64,000 nt of DNA from Eledone cirrhosa (lineage: Eukaryota): positions 116,436,001 through 116,500,000 of the forward strand of contig OZ024743.1 in NCBI GenBank assembly GCA_964016885.1, in the 5' to 3' direction. Numbering within the stretch: the stretch's first letter is position 1; every line of letters starts with the position of its first letter. The notes beneath the pieces were generated by a model that had not been told where the DNA came from, ran no database searches, and was given only the letters and a program-made list of their open reading frames with translations. Below, one piece after another: positions 28,918-42,532 of the stretch. Position numbers and translations under genes: made by a program.

Positions 28918-29248
28918 TATAGAAGGAGCTTCTACAGGACTAGTACTGTTTCATTCAGATGAAATCTTCAGGACCAGTAAATCGAGTAAAGCGAGGGGGA
29001 CAAGTGAACAACATAGAAGGATAAAAGCAAACCAAAGAATGTTATAGTTCTGGTATCTCAAATTAGTACCATGGAACCACAACTGTCATAAACACCATGC
29101 ATATTTCAGTAAGATTCCTGAAGATTTCATCTGAATGAAACAGTACTAGTCCTGTAGAAGCTCCTTTTATAAAATAAAAAAAATTTACTCTGCCATGTAT
29201 TGAGTACCTTACTTACTGTGGTTATCCCCGACTCAACCTGGGACCTAC

Positions 29249-29338
<90 letters not shown>

Positions 29339-29992
29339 GTATATATGTGTTTATATCCGTATGTGTGTATGTATGTAATTTTTATATATAAGTATTTACT
29401 TATATATATGTGTGTATGTAGTTGTATGATTATATATAGGAGAATAATTATAATAGGGTATGGATATTTCAACAGGCACTAAGTACTTACTGAAATATGC
29501 ATGGTGTTTATGATAGTTGTGGTTCCATGGTACTAATTTGAGATACCAGAACTATAAAATTGAGAGGAACAAGTAATCATCAAACAATCTTTTAAATAAA
29601 TTTAAAAATGCTGCTATTTTTAGCGGCATGATCAACAAGTTTATAATATCCCGCTTTTACTTATGGCCTATTCTTGTCTGTGGGTCACTTTAACGGCCTG
29701 ATCCCATGTAACGGACAGGAAGCGATATATTATCTTACTATGAGGCTTTATACCCTTATAGTACGGAAATAGCTGTCTGAAGATCTAATTCTTTCTATTG
29801 CCGGTAACGGCAATAGAACAGGTGAATATTTAAATCGTTTTTTAAATTTATTGAAAAGATTGTTTGATGATTACATGTGTCCGCTCATTTTTATAGTTCT
29901 GGTATCTCTAATTAGTACCATCGAACCACAACTATTATAAACACCATGCATATTTATGTAGGTACTTAGTGCCTGTTGGAATATCCATAACC

Positions 29993-29998
<6 letters not shown>
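28207..29998. repeat. Family D complex: about 380-bp tandem units (28207, 28586, 28971) followed by inverted copies (29118-29170, 29300-29557) and a second inverted pair (29450-29612 / 29836-29998)
   Basis: Near-identical direct and reverse-complement blocks. HHR-like cores CTGAAGA..GAAAC..GTC lie at 28544-28586(-), 28929-28971(-) and 29118-29160(+). Confidence 0.85.
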
Positions 29999-30073
<75 letters not shown>

Positions 30074-30078
<5 letters not shown>

Positions 30079-32332
30079 GGTTACACAACAGTTAGTTCCC
30101 CATACCGCGAACAATTATTTCACCTTAGTGGATACTTAGCTCGTAATAGACATGGTTATACGGAACAGGAAGGACAACGGTACGAAATCGCATGCGCAGA
30201 AACGATCGCTTCACACAGGCCATACTAAATTGCGTGCGAGAGTTGTAATGGATATAACTGCGAAAGTCCGAAAGATGATAGTTGATAAGAAAATTAGGAT
30301 GTTGTTGTAATTCAATGCGGAGTTTGTAGTTATGTAAGAGGTGTTTCCAGATGTGTGGACAACGTGGGAAGAATTTATATCTTGAGTTTAGGCAATCACT
30401 ATTGCGTAATCTCTTTAGAATATTTATTCGTTCATCAATACATAGTCGACACGTCGGATTGCTCCTTGCGTATGGCTTGGACTTAGTGATGGCTTTCTAT
30501 TGAATGGAATAGTCTATACTTGAGTCCTTGAGGGACCAAACGTGGCGCGCGAGTTTCGTGGTTGAACGTCTGTCCGGAACCTAAAGGTCGACTGGTGGTT
30601 CAGAAAGCGTTAAGTGGTTTAACTCCTTCAAATTCAAAAAAGCGAAGTTCACACAGTTTGACATTGTTGATTTTTACCCGGCGATCTCAGAGACCCTGTT
30701 AAACAAAGCGTTGGACTTTGCTACCACTTACACTACCGACAATGGTTTAGACAAGGAAATCATCGTTCACTGCCGGAAAACGCTCCTCTTCAACAACGGA
30801 GTAGCCTGGACAGAGAAATCAACAACTTCAGACCTATTCGACGTCTCCATGGGATCGTTTGGCAGTGCTGACGTATGTCATTGGGTTGGCCTATTTATTT
30901 GAGACATATTACGTTTTAGATTCCCGGACATCTACACGCGAATATATCGCGACGATGGACTGGCCTTATCGAGCCATAAAAGTGGTCACGACCTCGACCG
31001 GTTTAAAAAAGACTTAGCTTCTATCTTCAATGAGTTAGGACTTAGGATAACAGTACCTACCAACATCTCTAGCGTAGATTTCTTAGACATTAATTTAGAC
31101 CTTCGCACACACACACATAGAGACCCTTCCATAAGCTTAACGAAAAACTCAATTACATTCGTAAGGACTCATGCAACCCTCCAACTCTTTTTAGAAACTT
31201 CGCAAATAATATCAGTACTAGAATCTCAAACCACTCCTCTAATAAGTCTATCTTTGACAGAGCGGCACCTTACTATAACACGGCGTTAGTTAACAGCGGC
31301 TTCTAGCAACCTATCACTTACTCTCCCACTAACAACAACAGCAATAAGAAAAGGAAGCGTAACAATAGACAAACTATGTGGTTCTCACCTCCCTTCTCAC
31401 TCAACGTTAAAACCAATGTAGGCAAAACTTTTCTAGCCCTCTTAGATTGACACTTTCCCATAGGACATAAATACCGCTCCATCTTTAACCAACACACAGA
31501 AAAACTAGGATACTCCTGCGCTAAGAACATGAAAGGCCACATCACCAACAATCCTAAGCGCAACACGTTACAAAGGTGCTCTTGCCGTAAGCCTGAAGCT
31601 TGTCCCCTTCAACAGCAATGTAAAACACCCGTTGTAGTTTATGAAGCTATGGTCACTTCCAACCGACCAAATCAACCACAGGAGGTCAAATAACTATGTG
31701 GGTATGGTGGATGGCCGATTTAAGGAACGCTTACTGAACCACCAGTCGATCTTTAGGTACCCGGACAGGCGTTCATCAACGAAACTCGCGAGCCACGTAT
31801 GGTCCCTCAAGGACTCGAGTATAGACTACTCCATTCAATTGAAAGCCATCACTAAGTCCATGCCATACGCAAGGTGCAATCCGTCGTGTGGACTATGTAT
31901 TGATGAACGAATAAATATTCTAAAGAGATTACGCAATAGTGATTGCCTAAACTCAAAGAATAAATTCTTCACACGTTGTCCGCGCGTCTGGAAACACCTC
32001 TTACATAACTTAAAAGCTCCGGATTGAATTACAGCATCTTAATTTTCTTATCAACTAGAAACTTTCGGACTTTCGCAGTTATCTCCCTTACACCTCTCGC
32101 ATTCAATATAGTATTGCCTGTGTGAAGTGATCGTTTCTGCTAATGCGCGGTCATACGGTTGTCGTTCCTGTTCCATATAACCTTGTCCATTACGAGATGA
32201 GGATCCGCTAAGATGAAACAATTGTTCTCGGTATGGTGAACCAACTGTTGTGTAACCACTTCTACCTAACTCATCCCATGGACTGAGTGCTCTACCGCTA
32301 CGAATATTACCTTCCAGTGTTCTACCACAAGA
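30074..32332 (+). mobile_element. 5'-truncated Naiad-like Penelope element with an inverted 5' arm (30074-30611 = reverse complement of 31726-32262)
   Basis: RT and GIY-YIG remnants, inverted duplication of the 3' part, (TA)n flanks. Decayed HHRs near 30100-30148(-) and 32187-32235(+) give the two-arm consensus cgag-CTGAGGA..GAAAC-aatt-GTT-ctcg. Confidence 0.9.
30612..32027 (+). pseudogene. PLE RT + GIY-YIG ORF remnant
   Basis: FDIVDFYPAIS, FDVSMGS, IYRDDGL, VDFLDI, WFSPPFSLNV, CSCRKPEACPLQQQC, YVGMVDGRFKER..NH, CGLCIDE, LNSK..RCP. Confidence 0.9.
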
Positions 32333-32356
32333 TATATATATGTGTGTGTGTTTGTG

Positions 32357-32460
<104 letters not shown>

Positions 32461-32645
32461 TTGTATCAATGTGTCTTACTATGAAGACAGAGTGGCTGAA
32501 ATGGCAGCAGAAACATGCCACCCCAATTAAACTCAAGCAGGTGCGAAACTTAACTCCAGACTTCGTGACATATCATATATGTTGCTTCCTGTTTTGATGA
32601 GCCAACAATTAGACATTTATTTACAATAGTTTATAACTTTGCCTA

Positions 32646-33400
32646 TTAATCCGTATGGTGAGCAAATGGGGTCCCACGTGCTGGCCTCCCCACAGCCCTG
32701 GCGGACAGGATGGAGAACAAGTTTCCCCGAAGGATTGTAAGGGAGATGCGCTGGAAGGGCCATTCCAACATACGAGGCTCACACCTGCGGCAGGCTAGCT
32801 TAGTGCCTATGGTGGTGAATAGGGAGGTAGATCTAGGGCCAAAAACACCAGAAGTCTCCACTGCCAAGGGCACGCCCACGAACCTGTCACAGAGCTACCG
32901 GTACTTGGAGAGTTTAGCCTCCTCAACCTGACGTGCAGAAGTACTGGGTTAGTCGCAGTCTGCATCAGGTTGCGGCTGGAGAAAGTGTCGCTGCAAGAGG
33001 CATCCCAGACGAGGAGTTTGCCACCGCAGAATGTGAAGATAGTCACACCGTCTGGCCTTTTGCCATCCCCTCCGTCCAGCCCCACCGGCTCGAGCTAGGA
33101 GGGGAATCCTGCAGTGTCCAAGCCATGCTTAATGACCTCATTGAGAGTAGCATGGCGTGGAAGGCGGCCGGCACTGTGGCGACAGGAAAGCGGGTGGAGT
33201 CCGAAAGAGTTCACGGTTGGTCCACAGCGACATTTATGTTGCTCGCATATCCGGAGTCCAAGCCTCAAAGAAACGCCGATGCGCAGGCTATCTCTATCCA
33301 GCTGTGTGTCAGAGGGCAAGGCATGGAGCCAAGCACCACTGTTCGGTTTAGAGGCCGCGCGAAAACAGGCAACTATGGCGGCATCAATGGCAGTAACATT
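32646..33400 (-). mobile_element. CRE-clade-like non-LTR retrotransposon 3' fragment (zinc knuckle + RLE)
   Basis: [57 protein letters not shown]. Confidence 0.82.
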
Positions 33401-33506
33401 AATACCACTTGTTTCTCTTGTTTGTTTTGTTTTTATTCTAAGAAGTGACTGTTCTAAAACATGACTTAGCTTCCAATACACACACACACATACACATACC
33501 CCCCCC

Positions 33507-33615
<109 letters not shown>

Positions 33616-34482
33616 TTGTGTATTTGTGTTAAGGATAAATGTGAAGTACGTTGTAGATGTTTAAAGATCCTTTATTTATAAATTAATAACACATATTTCA
33701 ATGAAATGATGGCTCGATCACGCAACTGGTCATGGTACATCATCGGAAATAATGTTATGTAATGCCTTTACATTTCCGTCGCCATCCATTCCAAAGACAA
33801 AGGAACGAACAGATATTATATTTTCATTGCCGGCATCCATTCCTCAGTGAACGTTTTTCGTATTCTACATTTGTCAGTATTCGTGTATCTGGAGGCTTGG
33901 TTTACGTTCCCTCAATCAGCCATTCCCTTTCAAACAAGCCTTTCCGACACACCGAAGACACTCTCATCCATATTTGGCCAGATATTACGATCACAGAGCC
34001 CAATTCATCCAATTCATGTTGTGCTGAACAACTGTTTTCGTGCAGTAATCTCAAACTGTATTAGATTATAATTCCAGAGGCGGCATGCACACCCCCGCCT
34101 ACTCCCAGTATCTTTAGACTGACCGCAAACATGTATATTGATGAGTGAATTAGTAGGTATTTCACCAATCATCGATTAGGGAATAGATAAGTAAATGCTA
34201 GGGGTTACAGCTTAATATTCGAAAGTGAATAATAAATATAGATTGGATTGCCTCAGAAACGTAACATTATTCCGTATGATGTGGTCAGAGAGAGAGTGAG
34301 AATGAGGGTAGGGTGACGCCAGACAGACAGAATAAGACATATATAGAGAGGGGATGTACAGACAGTGAGGGAGAGTAGTGCGTGTGTGAGGGGCGGGGGG
34401 GGGGGGATAGTATTCATGTGTATTTCCTATTTAAATTGAAAATCTTTTTCGAACAAAGTGATTAGTGAGTTTTTATTATGTA

Positions 34483-34812
34483 TAATTGTTTCTACTTTTG
34501 GCACAAGGCCAGCAATTACACAGTGCATTACTGGTACTTTATTTTATCTACCCCGTAAGGATAAAAGGCAAATTAACCTCGGCGGGATTTGAACTGAGAA
34601 TGGCAAGGGCCGTAACTCTATGCGTCAAAGCATGGCGTCAGACCCTCTACCGATACTGCCAATCCACCATATTATTATATATAATTGTTTCTTAAATAGG
34701 CTCAAGGCCAGCAATTTGGGGGGAAGGGAAAGTCGATTAAATCGACCCCAGCGCCTGCCTGGTACTTTATTTTATCGACCCCTTAAGGATGAAAGGCAAA
34801 GTTAACCTCAAT
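34483..34812 (-). mobile_element. Two adjacent SINE S1 copies (34483-34668 full, 34682-34812 partial)
   Basis: S1 core present twice. Confidence 0.85.
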
Positions 34813-35264
34813 GATATATACGTAGAGCTAATAGGAACAGGAATATTCTTTAAAATTTATCAACACGTATATTGCATTAAACATTTATGTAATATCCTTA
34901 ATATCTGTAATATTTTTGCAGTACAATGTGGAGCCTATGGTCATAAGAGATCTTCGTCATCAACAAGCAATGTCATTTGTAAAAAGCTACTCTACCACAG
35001 AGACATATACATACAATTCTATGTGCAATATCATTTAAAGAGATATATATCAAATCATATAATATGGAATTAACGTAGAGAAATAAGCTGTTATAGTAAT
35101 TATACGAGTGAGTTTTGTAGATATATTGAATTTAGTATTATGTACAAACCTATTAGCAACAGAACTGATAGGTGTAAAAGATTTCAGTTGTGGAGCAAGA
35201 ATATATACAATGATATATAAATAAAGCTAATAAAGAGAGACATTTCACAACATAATGAAGCCAT

Positions 35265-35989
35265 GAAGAAATACCGATTATGGTTGGAAGATCACTGATG
35301 AAGACCCACTTTATTCATATGTAACCCATTTGCAACTCCGCAGCACGTTTATTCTCATATTTACACATATTCTTTTCTCCCGCTGTGACCCGTCTATTTC
35401 GTTCTTACTGCTTCCTCTTTCTCTGTATCTTTACCCTCTCTAACAGTCACTCTCTGTTAGCCTCTTCCTCACCCTTAACTCACTCACTCTCTGTTACAAA
35501 CTCTCCTCCTCCTCCTTCTTCCCGTTTGACCTGTGCGTAATTCTTTTCTTTCGCACGCTTGGCCAGGCCGGTCGGCATTTTTCTCTCTTTCGTCTACAAT
35601 TTCACATAACTTATGTTTACCGCATTCACAGAATAGACCCTTCTTCCTCCCGTTAGACCTGTGCGAAATTCCTTCCTTGCTCACATTTGAACCAGGTTTG
35701 ATGGTCTTTATTCTCTCTCGTTCACGATTTCACCGAACTTATATTCATGGAAATTTTTGGACTTGACTCGCTATTCCTCACTTTTCGTTGCTTCACCATC
35801 TTTGTTTGTTTACACTCTCGCTGTTCCCTTTATTTACATGTCCCAACGACTTTCTTTAGCGGTTGCTCGCACCAACCGGAGGTATATGGTCTTTAAAGCG
35901 AAGAAATACCGAGGATGGTTGGAGGATCACTGATGAAGGACCACTTTATTCATATGTAACCCATGCAACTCCGCCGCACGTTTATTCTC

Positions 35990-35991
<2 letters not shown>
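35265..35991 (+). repeat. About 635-bp unit with about 95-bp terminal direct repeats (35265-35359 / 35900-35991)
   Basis: gaagaaataccga..tggttggargatcactgatgaag..ccactttattcatatgtaacccat..cacgtttattctcat occurs twice. Ends at (TA)n. Confidence 0.8.
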
Positions 35992-36025
<34 letters not shown>

Positions 36026-36247
36026 CAAAAGTATGTATTGAGTTAGAAACTCAAAATAGTCTCATTACAGTAAAATTAGCTCTAGGAAAAAGGTTATATA
36101 TATATATATACGAATATATATATGTGTGTCTGTTTATCTACATAATATATATGTAGCTTATCACAATGTGTGTGTTGGTTTTCTTAACATTATTTGTAAT
36201 ACCGTTCATGCATACATAATTACATCTATACACACACAACACACACC

Positions 36248-36333
<86 letters not shown>

Positions 36334-36706
36334 AGAAGCCAAACATTATTTGTCTAAGCGGACAGTACTTGATTTAGGAGTCGCAGAAACCCAAATGCTG
36401 GATTTTCACCAACCATCCGGGGTCCGGGTAAATTTTTCAATCATATTTTTTTTATTTGTTTGACCAGAATTACTTGGTCGTTTCTATGGCTGTGCAGATA
36501 ATGGTATAACCATCGTCTCAGTGTGTTTGGCCTTTTAACGTATGTTGTAGCTCTGGTTCGTTAGAATTATTGAGCGCTTGCCACACATCTCGGAAGTTGT
36601 TTTTCGCTAATTTCCCAAGCCGAAATACGATTCTCGCTAATTTATATTTGTATATATATATATATATATAAATTACATGAATCAAAGTTCTGTTTAAACC
36701 ATTTAT

Positions 36707-36756
36707 TCGCTTACAATTGTTTCTTCCAAACCGAGGTTTTGGCGTCTTCGGAGCAA
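36707..36756 (-). ncRNA. Hammerhead-like motif family E (CCGAAGA core variant)
   Basis: Mirror of 38654-38703. Confidence 0.62.
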
Positions 36757-38653
36757 TTTTTCAATGATTGTTTACATACTTGACCTCCTTTCCAACACAA
36801 GAGACATACAGAAACATATGTATATATTGATGCACAGTGGGTTGACATCCATTATAATATTTACGCATGGCAATTTACATTCAGAGATTAAAGACATATT
36901 AAAAGAAAACAACATTGAAGTTAAAATACAACATTGGCAGTTTACGAAGAAAATGCAAGAGGATAGTTAGAAGTAGTTAGTGTATGCAATAGTTACACGT
37001 GGGGCATGCACGTGTGTCCTATTTATATAAGATTATAGTGCGGCAGGGTGTTATATGTAATACAAGCACTTTAAGCGGGCAATCAAGAGTATTATGGGGG
37101 TTGTATTGGTAGAGTATTTTTTAATATGTATGATATAGAAGCTTGTGTGCAGAGAAATATTAAAAATATTAAAAATATTAAAAATGAGAAGCAAAACAAT
37201 GTTATGGTTTTCGTATACACCACCATTTTTACAATCCAGGAAACGTAATATATAGATTATATGTCCTTCACATAATCTACGATGATTCAATATTGGATGC
37301 TTGGTGAATTATGTTAGAATATTACAGCTTGTTGTTCTTTAATCCAATTTTATAGAGCAGGTTGTTTTTGTTGCGAGAATTAACATCGTATTATTTTCCG
37401 GAAGTGTGTGTGTGATTAAGGGGAGTTAATGCTTGAGGGGAGGTAACTAGCTGATTTCTATAACTACATTTATTATCCTAATGTACATTAAATGGTGTCT
37501 CAAATGAGTCCTGAGTACAATGAATTATGTACAAGTGATGTATGAGTTATACATACATGTATGACTTGATGGTCAGATTAGTGACATTGTAAGTGAGAAT
37601 TGATCTCTGGTCTACCCTAGTGATATTTAACTTTGGCTTGCAATCAGACATGCACTGACCCAGAGCTTACCAGGAGTTATATATAGAAGTGATTCTAATA
37701 AAACCCTGCCAGGTTCTGCGGGTAGACTACACTTACAAAGATCATTGATTTGGGGATCTGACTCTTCATGTAGAATATCCAGTTATGGCACTCTATGATA
37801 GAGGGTAATCATCCTAATATGAACACCTTTAGTACTTCTTGATAGACTACACTGTAATTATAGATACGATACTTAAATTTTAGAAACTGTTTATGATAGG
37901 GATTCATTTGAGACACCATTTAATGTACATTAGGATAATAAATTTAGTTATAGAAATCAGCTAGTTACCTCCCCTCCCGCATTAACTCCCCTTAATCACA
38001 CACACACTTCCGGAAAATAATACGATGTTAATTCTCGCAACAAAAACAACCTGCTCTATAAAATTGGATTAAAGAACAACAAGCTGTAATATTCTAACAT
38101 AATTCACCAAGCATCCAATATTGAATCATCGTAGATTATGTGAAGGACATATAATCTATATATTACGTTTCCTGGATTGTAAAAATGGTGGTGTATACGA
38201 AAACCATAACATTGTTTTGCTTCTCATTTTTAATATTTTTAATATTTTTAATATTTCTCTGCACACAAGCTTCTATATCATACATGTTAAAAAATACTTT
38301 ACCAATACAACCCCCATAATACTCTTGATTGCCCGCTTAAAGTGCTTGTATTACATATAACACCCTGCCGCACTATAATCTTATATAAATAAGACACACG
38401 TGCATGCCCCACGTGTAACTATGCATACACTAACTACTTCTAATTATCCTCTTGCATTTTTTTCGTAAACTGCCAATGTTGTATTTTAACTTCAATTTTG
38501 TTTTCTTTTAATATGACTTTAATCTTTGAATGTAAATTGCCATGCTTAAATATTATAATGGATGTCAATCCACTGTGCATCAATATATACATATGTCTCT
38601 GTATGTCTCTTGTGTTGGAAAGGAGGTCAAGTATGTATACAATCATTGAAAAA

Positions 38654-38703
38654 TTGCTCCGAAGACGCCAAAACCTCGGTTTGGAAGAAACAATTGTAAG
38701 CGA
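38654..38703 (+). ncRNA. Hammerhead-like motif family E (CCGAAGA core variant)
   Basis: ttgct-CCGAAGA-cg ccaaa..tttgg aa-GAAAC-aatt-GTA-agcga. Stem III is the palindrome ACAATTGT. Confidence 0.62.
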
Positions 38704-39271
38704 ATAAATGGTTTAAACAGAACTTTGATTCATGTAATTTCTATATAACTCCTCTGTAGAACAACTGATGTTATTAGATTGAGCTATTTATCTTACTGGT
38801 AATAAGGTAGTAATAAATTACTGTCTTTCACTATTTAGGGTATAAAATATATATAACTATAAAAGGTTTTAGTATATACATAACCATAAATAGTATCCTT
38901 AATAATATATATATATATACACATATATAATTCTGTGTATTGTCTAGTCATATATATATATACGTGTCTATGTGTTTATATTAGAGTCTTTTATATTTAT
39001 AACGAAAAAGGATTTCCATGAAAATCCATCACCTCACGTCGTCTGTGCCCTAGATGTTTTCTATGGAAGGGTTACACACGTGGAATTCCGGGAGGTTCCG
39101 GTTACATTTAGAGGCTGCTTTATTTTGGCTAGTATCTTAATGATATTGACTTAAACTTTTGGGTCAGGGCGAAAATGATCTAATGAATATGCTATGTCAA
39201 AAAATAGAAAACATTACTACTTTAAAACATGTTGATTGCTGCGAGGTTGCATATTTGTTCGTTTTCATATG

Positions 39272-39322
<51 letters not shown>

Positions 39323-39440
39323 TTACGGAGAATACGTTTTGGCGCGTATATTTATTGTATATGAATGATTATACATGTTCATATACGTTTTCATATACAT
39401 CATGATTATGCTCCAACGCTATCTTACAGAGTCCACCATT

Positions 39441-39576
<136 letters not shown>

Positions 39577-40457
39577 GAAATGTAGAGAGAAAAAGATCCA
39601 TATATATAATGAAATTTAGAAATACAGAGAATTATTGATATCAAATGAAATTTCAATGTAACTGCTATAATTTTCTTGAATTCATTTCTGAGTAATTAAT
39701 AAATATGATGCGTAAAGAGAAATCTCAGGGGTAAAGTTACAAGTAATTTACAGCAAAAATATACATTACAGATACAAAAAATTAATCGTATACACAGTCA
39801 CGTTTTACTGAAAAGTGTTTAATTTAATCATATTACGAATTCCAACCAACGATGCGGGTCTATGAAAATACATTCACAAACACTCATCTTCGATTAAGAC
39901 ATGTAATTATATGGGATTGCATCTTTTATACATAATTTGACAGAGAACATCCAGTTACTCTAATGAAGTAAATATTCAGCCGTCCTCACAAAACAACATC
40001 TGCATAGCCAAGTTTCACTTTCGTCTAGATTCCAAACGAATCCTCTCACTCGGCCTACCTAACTACATATCTATCATTATAGAGACCTCTGAAATTAGTT
40101 TTAATACTTCATTGACACGTTATATGTACTATATAGGCATATAATTATCTATAGAGTGCTTCATCAGGAGAAACACAAAATAGGGTACTACATGATGTCG
40201 GATACGATGCAATGTATTGAAGAAGGAGAATCTCGACTGCAAGCTTACAGTTCTATCTCTCTACATTTTTCTTACGCTCTTTCTCTTACTCTGTGAGTAT
40301 ATATTTTGTTATATATATATATGAAAGATTCGGGATCCCGACGGCTGTGCTCTTGCCATTTCAACAGCTATTAACATACTCTACTTTGTCAAGTTTCGAG
40401 TAGACTGGTGAGTAAGGGTCTAAACAAAGTAATGGTCTAAACAGGTTGTATCCAATT

Positions 40458-40506
<49 letters not shown>

Positions 40507-40510
40507 TATA

Positions 40511-40544
<34 letters not shown>

Positions 40545-40759
40545 CGTAAGCATATTCATATGTAATATATATAGACAGTTCAAGAGTAACCAATCTTAAA
40601 GAGAGAGATGGAGATAGGAGAGGAGATATGAGAGGAGAGATTGGTGAATTAGTTAGAAGCCAAAGCGTAAAGGCATGTGCTCAATGTGCAATATGCAGTG
40701 GAAAGCAGTTAGGTGGCTGGGTTCATGCAGCAGTTAAGTGCGCAGAGCTGGAAATATTC

Positions 40760-42303
40760 ATTAAGCAAAACAAGACCACAAATTTCACAAGAAAGACATT
40801 ATTAAAAGATTGTCAACATATTTTAGTTTGATGTAAGGAATGTAGAGAATAATAAAAATAATAATATTAATAATTGTTTCTACTTTAGGCACAAGGCCAG
40901 CAATTACCCAGTGCATTACTGGTACTTTATTTTATCGACCCCGTAAGGATGAAAGGCAAAGTCAACCTCGGCGGTATTTGAACTCAGATCGTAAAGGGAC
41001 GTAACTATGCTGGAAAGCATGGCGTCCGACCCTCTACTGATACTGCCAATAATGTCCGTTTACAATTGTTTCGCTACTCCATATAATATTTCTGGATCAG
41101 ATGACTATATATCATAATTGATCTGGTTCAGTTGAAAATAATTAACATACTTAAAAAACAGAGCGGTTCATCGAAACTTCAAAGGAATATAAATTAAAAT
41201 AATGAGAGAATGTTACATAATATAATGTTCCATATATTGGTTTTTCACTATGGTGTCTTGGTTGCATCAGTTGTCAGCCATAATCATGCAGTATTCATCT
41301 GTCGAGGCTGCATTGTGTGAGATCTGCTTATGGGTAACAATATGGCTGCCAAAGGACATATTTACCTTACTAATTAGAGGGTGGTTTCAGTGACAATGTA
41401 GGGGAGGTAACTTATAATTATCTAAGTTAGTCATAGCTATTTAACTTATTAACTACAAGTAAAAATGGGGCTAGATGACTAAGTTGGGTAAAATATTATA
41501 TTGGCGAAGGAATAAGCACTTCGATGTTGACAGCTAATAGTTACCTCCGTCCTATCGTTAATAGGTAGAGGTCGTGATCGAGTTATGTAATATGCTTCTG
41601 TAATACAGAGATCACAAGATTTTCTTCGTCCATTGAACGGTTGGGCCCTCGCCACGATATCACATTTTAGTGAGTGTTGAAAGTTGCTTAATTTAAGGTT
41701 TTTATGAGCCTAGCTAGCGATGTCGAACTAGGGTTTCGGAAGGAAAAAGAGTGCGCGTTATAGCGTACCTTAAAAGGGTTAGAAGTAGACCCGATATAAG
41801 AGCTGGCATTCGAAGCAGTTTTAACCGTGCACCTACAGACTATGTTGGGTTCAGGCAGTGTCCATTTAATGGGCATGCATTGGGGTAACGGCAGTTGCAG
41901 TTGCTTCTGTGGTTAGTGAGAGTAGGGTAGTTTAACCTAAGCGGTAGGTCAGTGCTAGAAGGATTAGATGGGGGCGGTGTGCTACTAGAGTAATTATTGG
42001 TGTAGTGGCGTGGTGTATTTGATAGGGGTGGTGGTACCGCGGTGTGGGAGTTATACTGTCTTAGTTTATGATGGTTACTGTATGCCATGTGGCTAGCTAG
42101 GTTAGGTGTTGTGGAGAATGAGATTTTAATGTTATTTTTATTATAGAGTTTGTAATATCTATGGTTGGGGGGGGGGGGACATGTTTAGATAGGATAGAGA
42201 AGAAGCGTTTGGGGATATTAGTGGCTTACATCAAACTAAAATATGTTGACAATCTTTTAATAATGTTTTCCTTGTGAAATTTGTGGTCTTGTTTTGTTTA
42301 ACT
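40760..42303 (-). mobile_element. Truncated Naiad-like PLE with a short inverted arm (42225-42300 = reverse complement of 40765-40837)
   Basis: EN remnant at 41505-42220: CNCRYPNACPLNGHCL, YIGSTSNPFKVRYNAHSFSF. The 3' region is similar to 61740-62300. Confidence 0.8.
40872..41050 (-). mobile_element. SINE S1 nested in the PLE 3' region
   Basis: Full S1 on the minus strand. Confidence 0.88.
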
Positions 42304-42304
42304 A

Positions 42305-42337
<33 letters not shown>

Positions 42338-42468
42338 AGCAAAAGTTTTATTTAAAATTGTTGGGTTACAACAAGTAATATTTTATAACTGATATAAAGC
42401 ACTCGACAAGTTTTGGGAGTAGATATACGATATTAAACAAATGGAAACTATATTTATAAAACAATATT

Positions 42469-42532
42469 TATTTCATTATACATATTTCAGGGATACCATA
42501 TTAAATATGGCATGCCTTCGTCAGATAAAATA
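42469..42532 (-). ncRNA. Hammerhead family A
   Basis: Mirror of 45700-45763. Confidence 0.85.

Larger units (their letters stand above)
36671..38905 (+). mobile_element. Fold-back element family E: about 835-bp inverted arms (36671-37508 / 37904-38742) around a 400-bp non-coding spacer
   Basis: Arms are highly similar (mirror-image ORF calls in the track). (TA)n on both sides. Confidence 0.92.

Noticed and set aside
28207-29112. CRISPR-like or satellite array
   Set aside because: The units are 380-bp near-identical copies with no repeat-spacer structure, in a eukaryotic context.
31448-31450. In-frame TGA in the Naiad-like ORF (some Naiads encode selenocysteine)
   Set aside because: It falls at an Arg/Lys-type position (D*HFP) rather than a conserved Cys. 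CGA>TGA decay in a frameshifted copy is more likely, and I identified no SECIS.
33700-34130. GC-richer patch with short ORFs
   Set aside because: No recognisable motifs; probably an old TE fragment, left unassigned.
36764-38646. Duplicated ORF pairs (MIVYILDLL.., MNHRRLCEG..) looking like paralogous genes
   Set aside because: They are mirror images produced by the inverted arms and carry no protein motifs.
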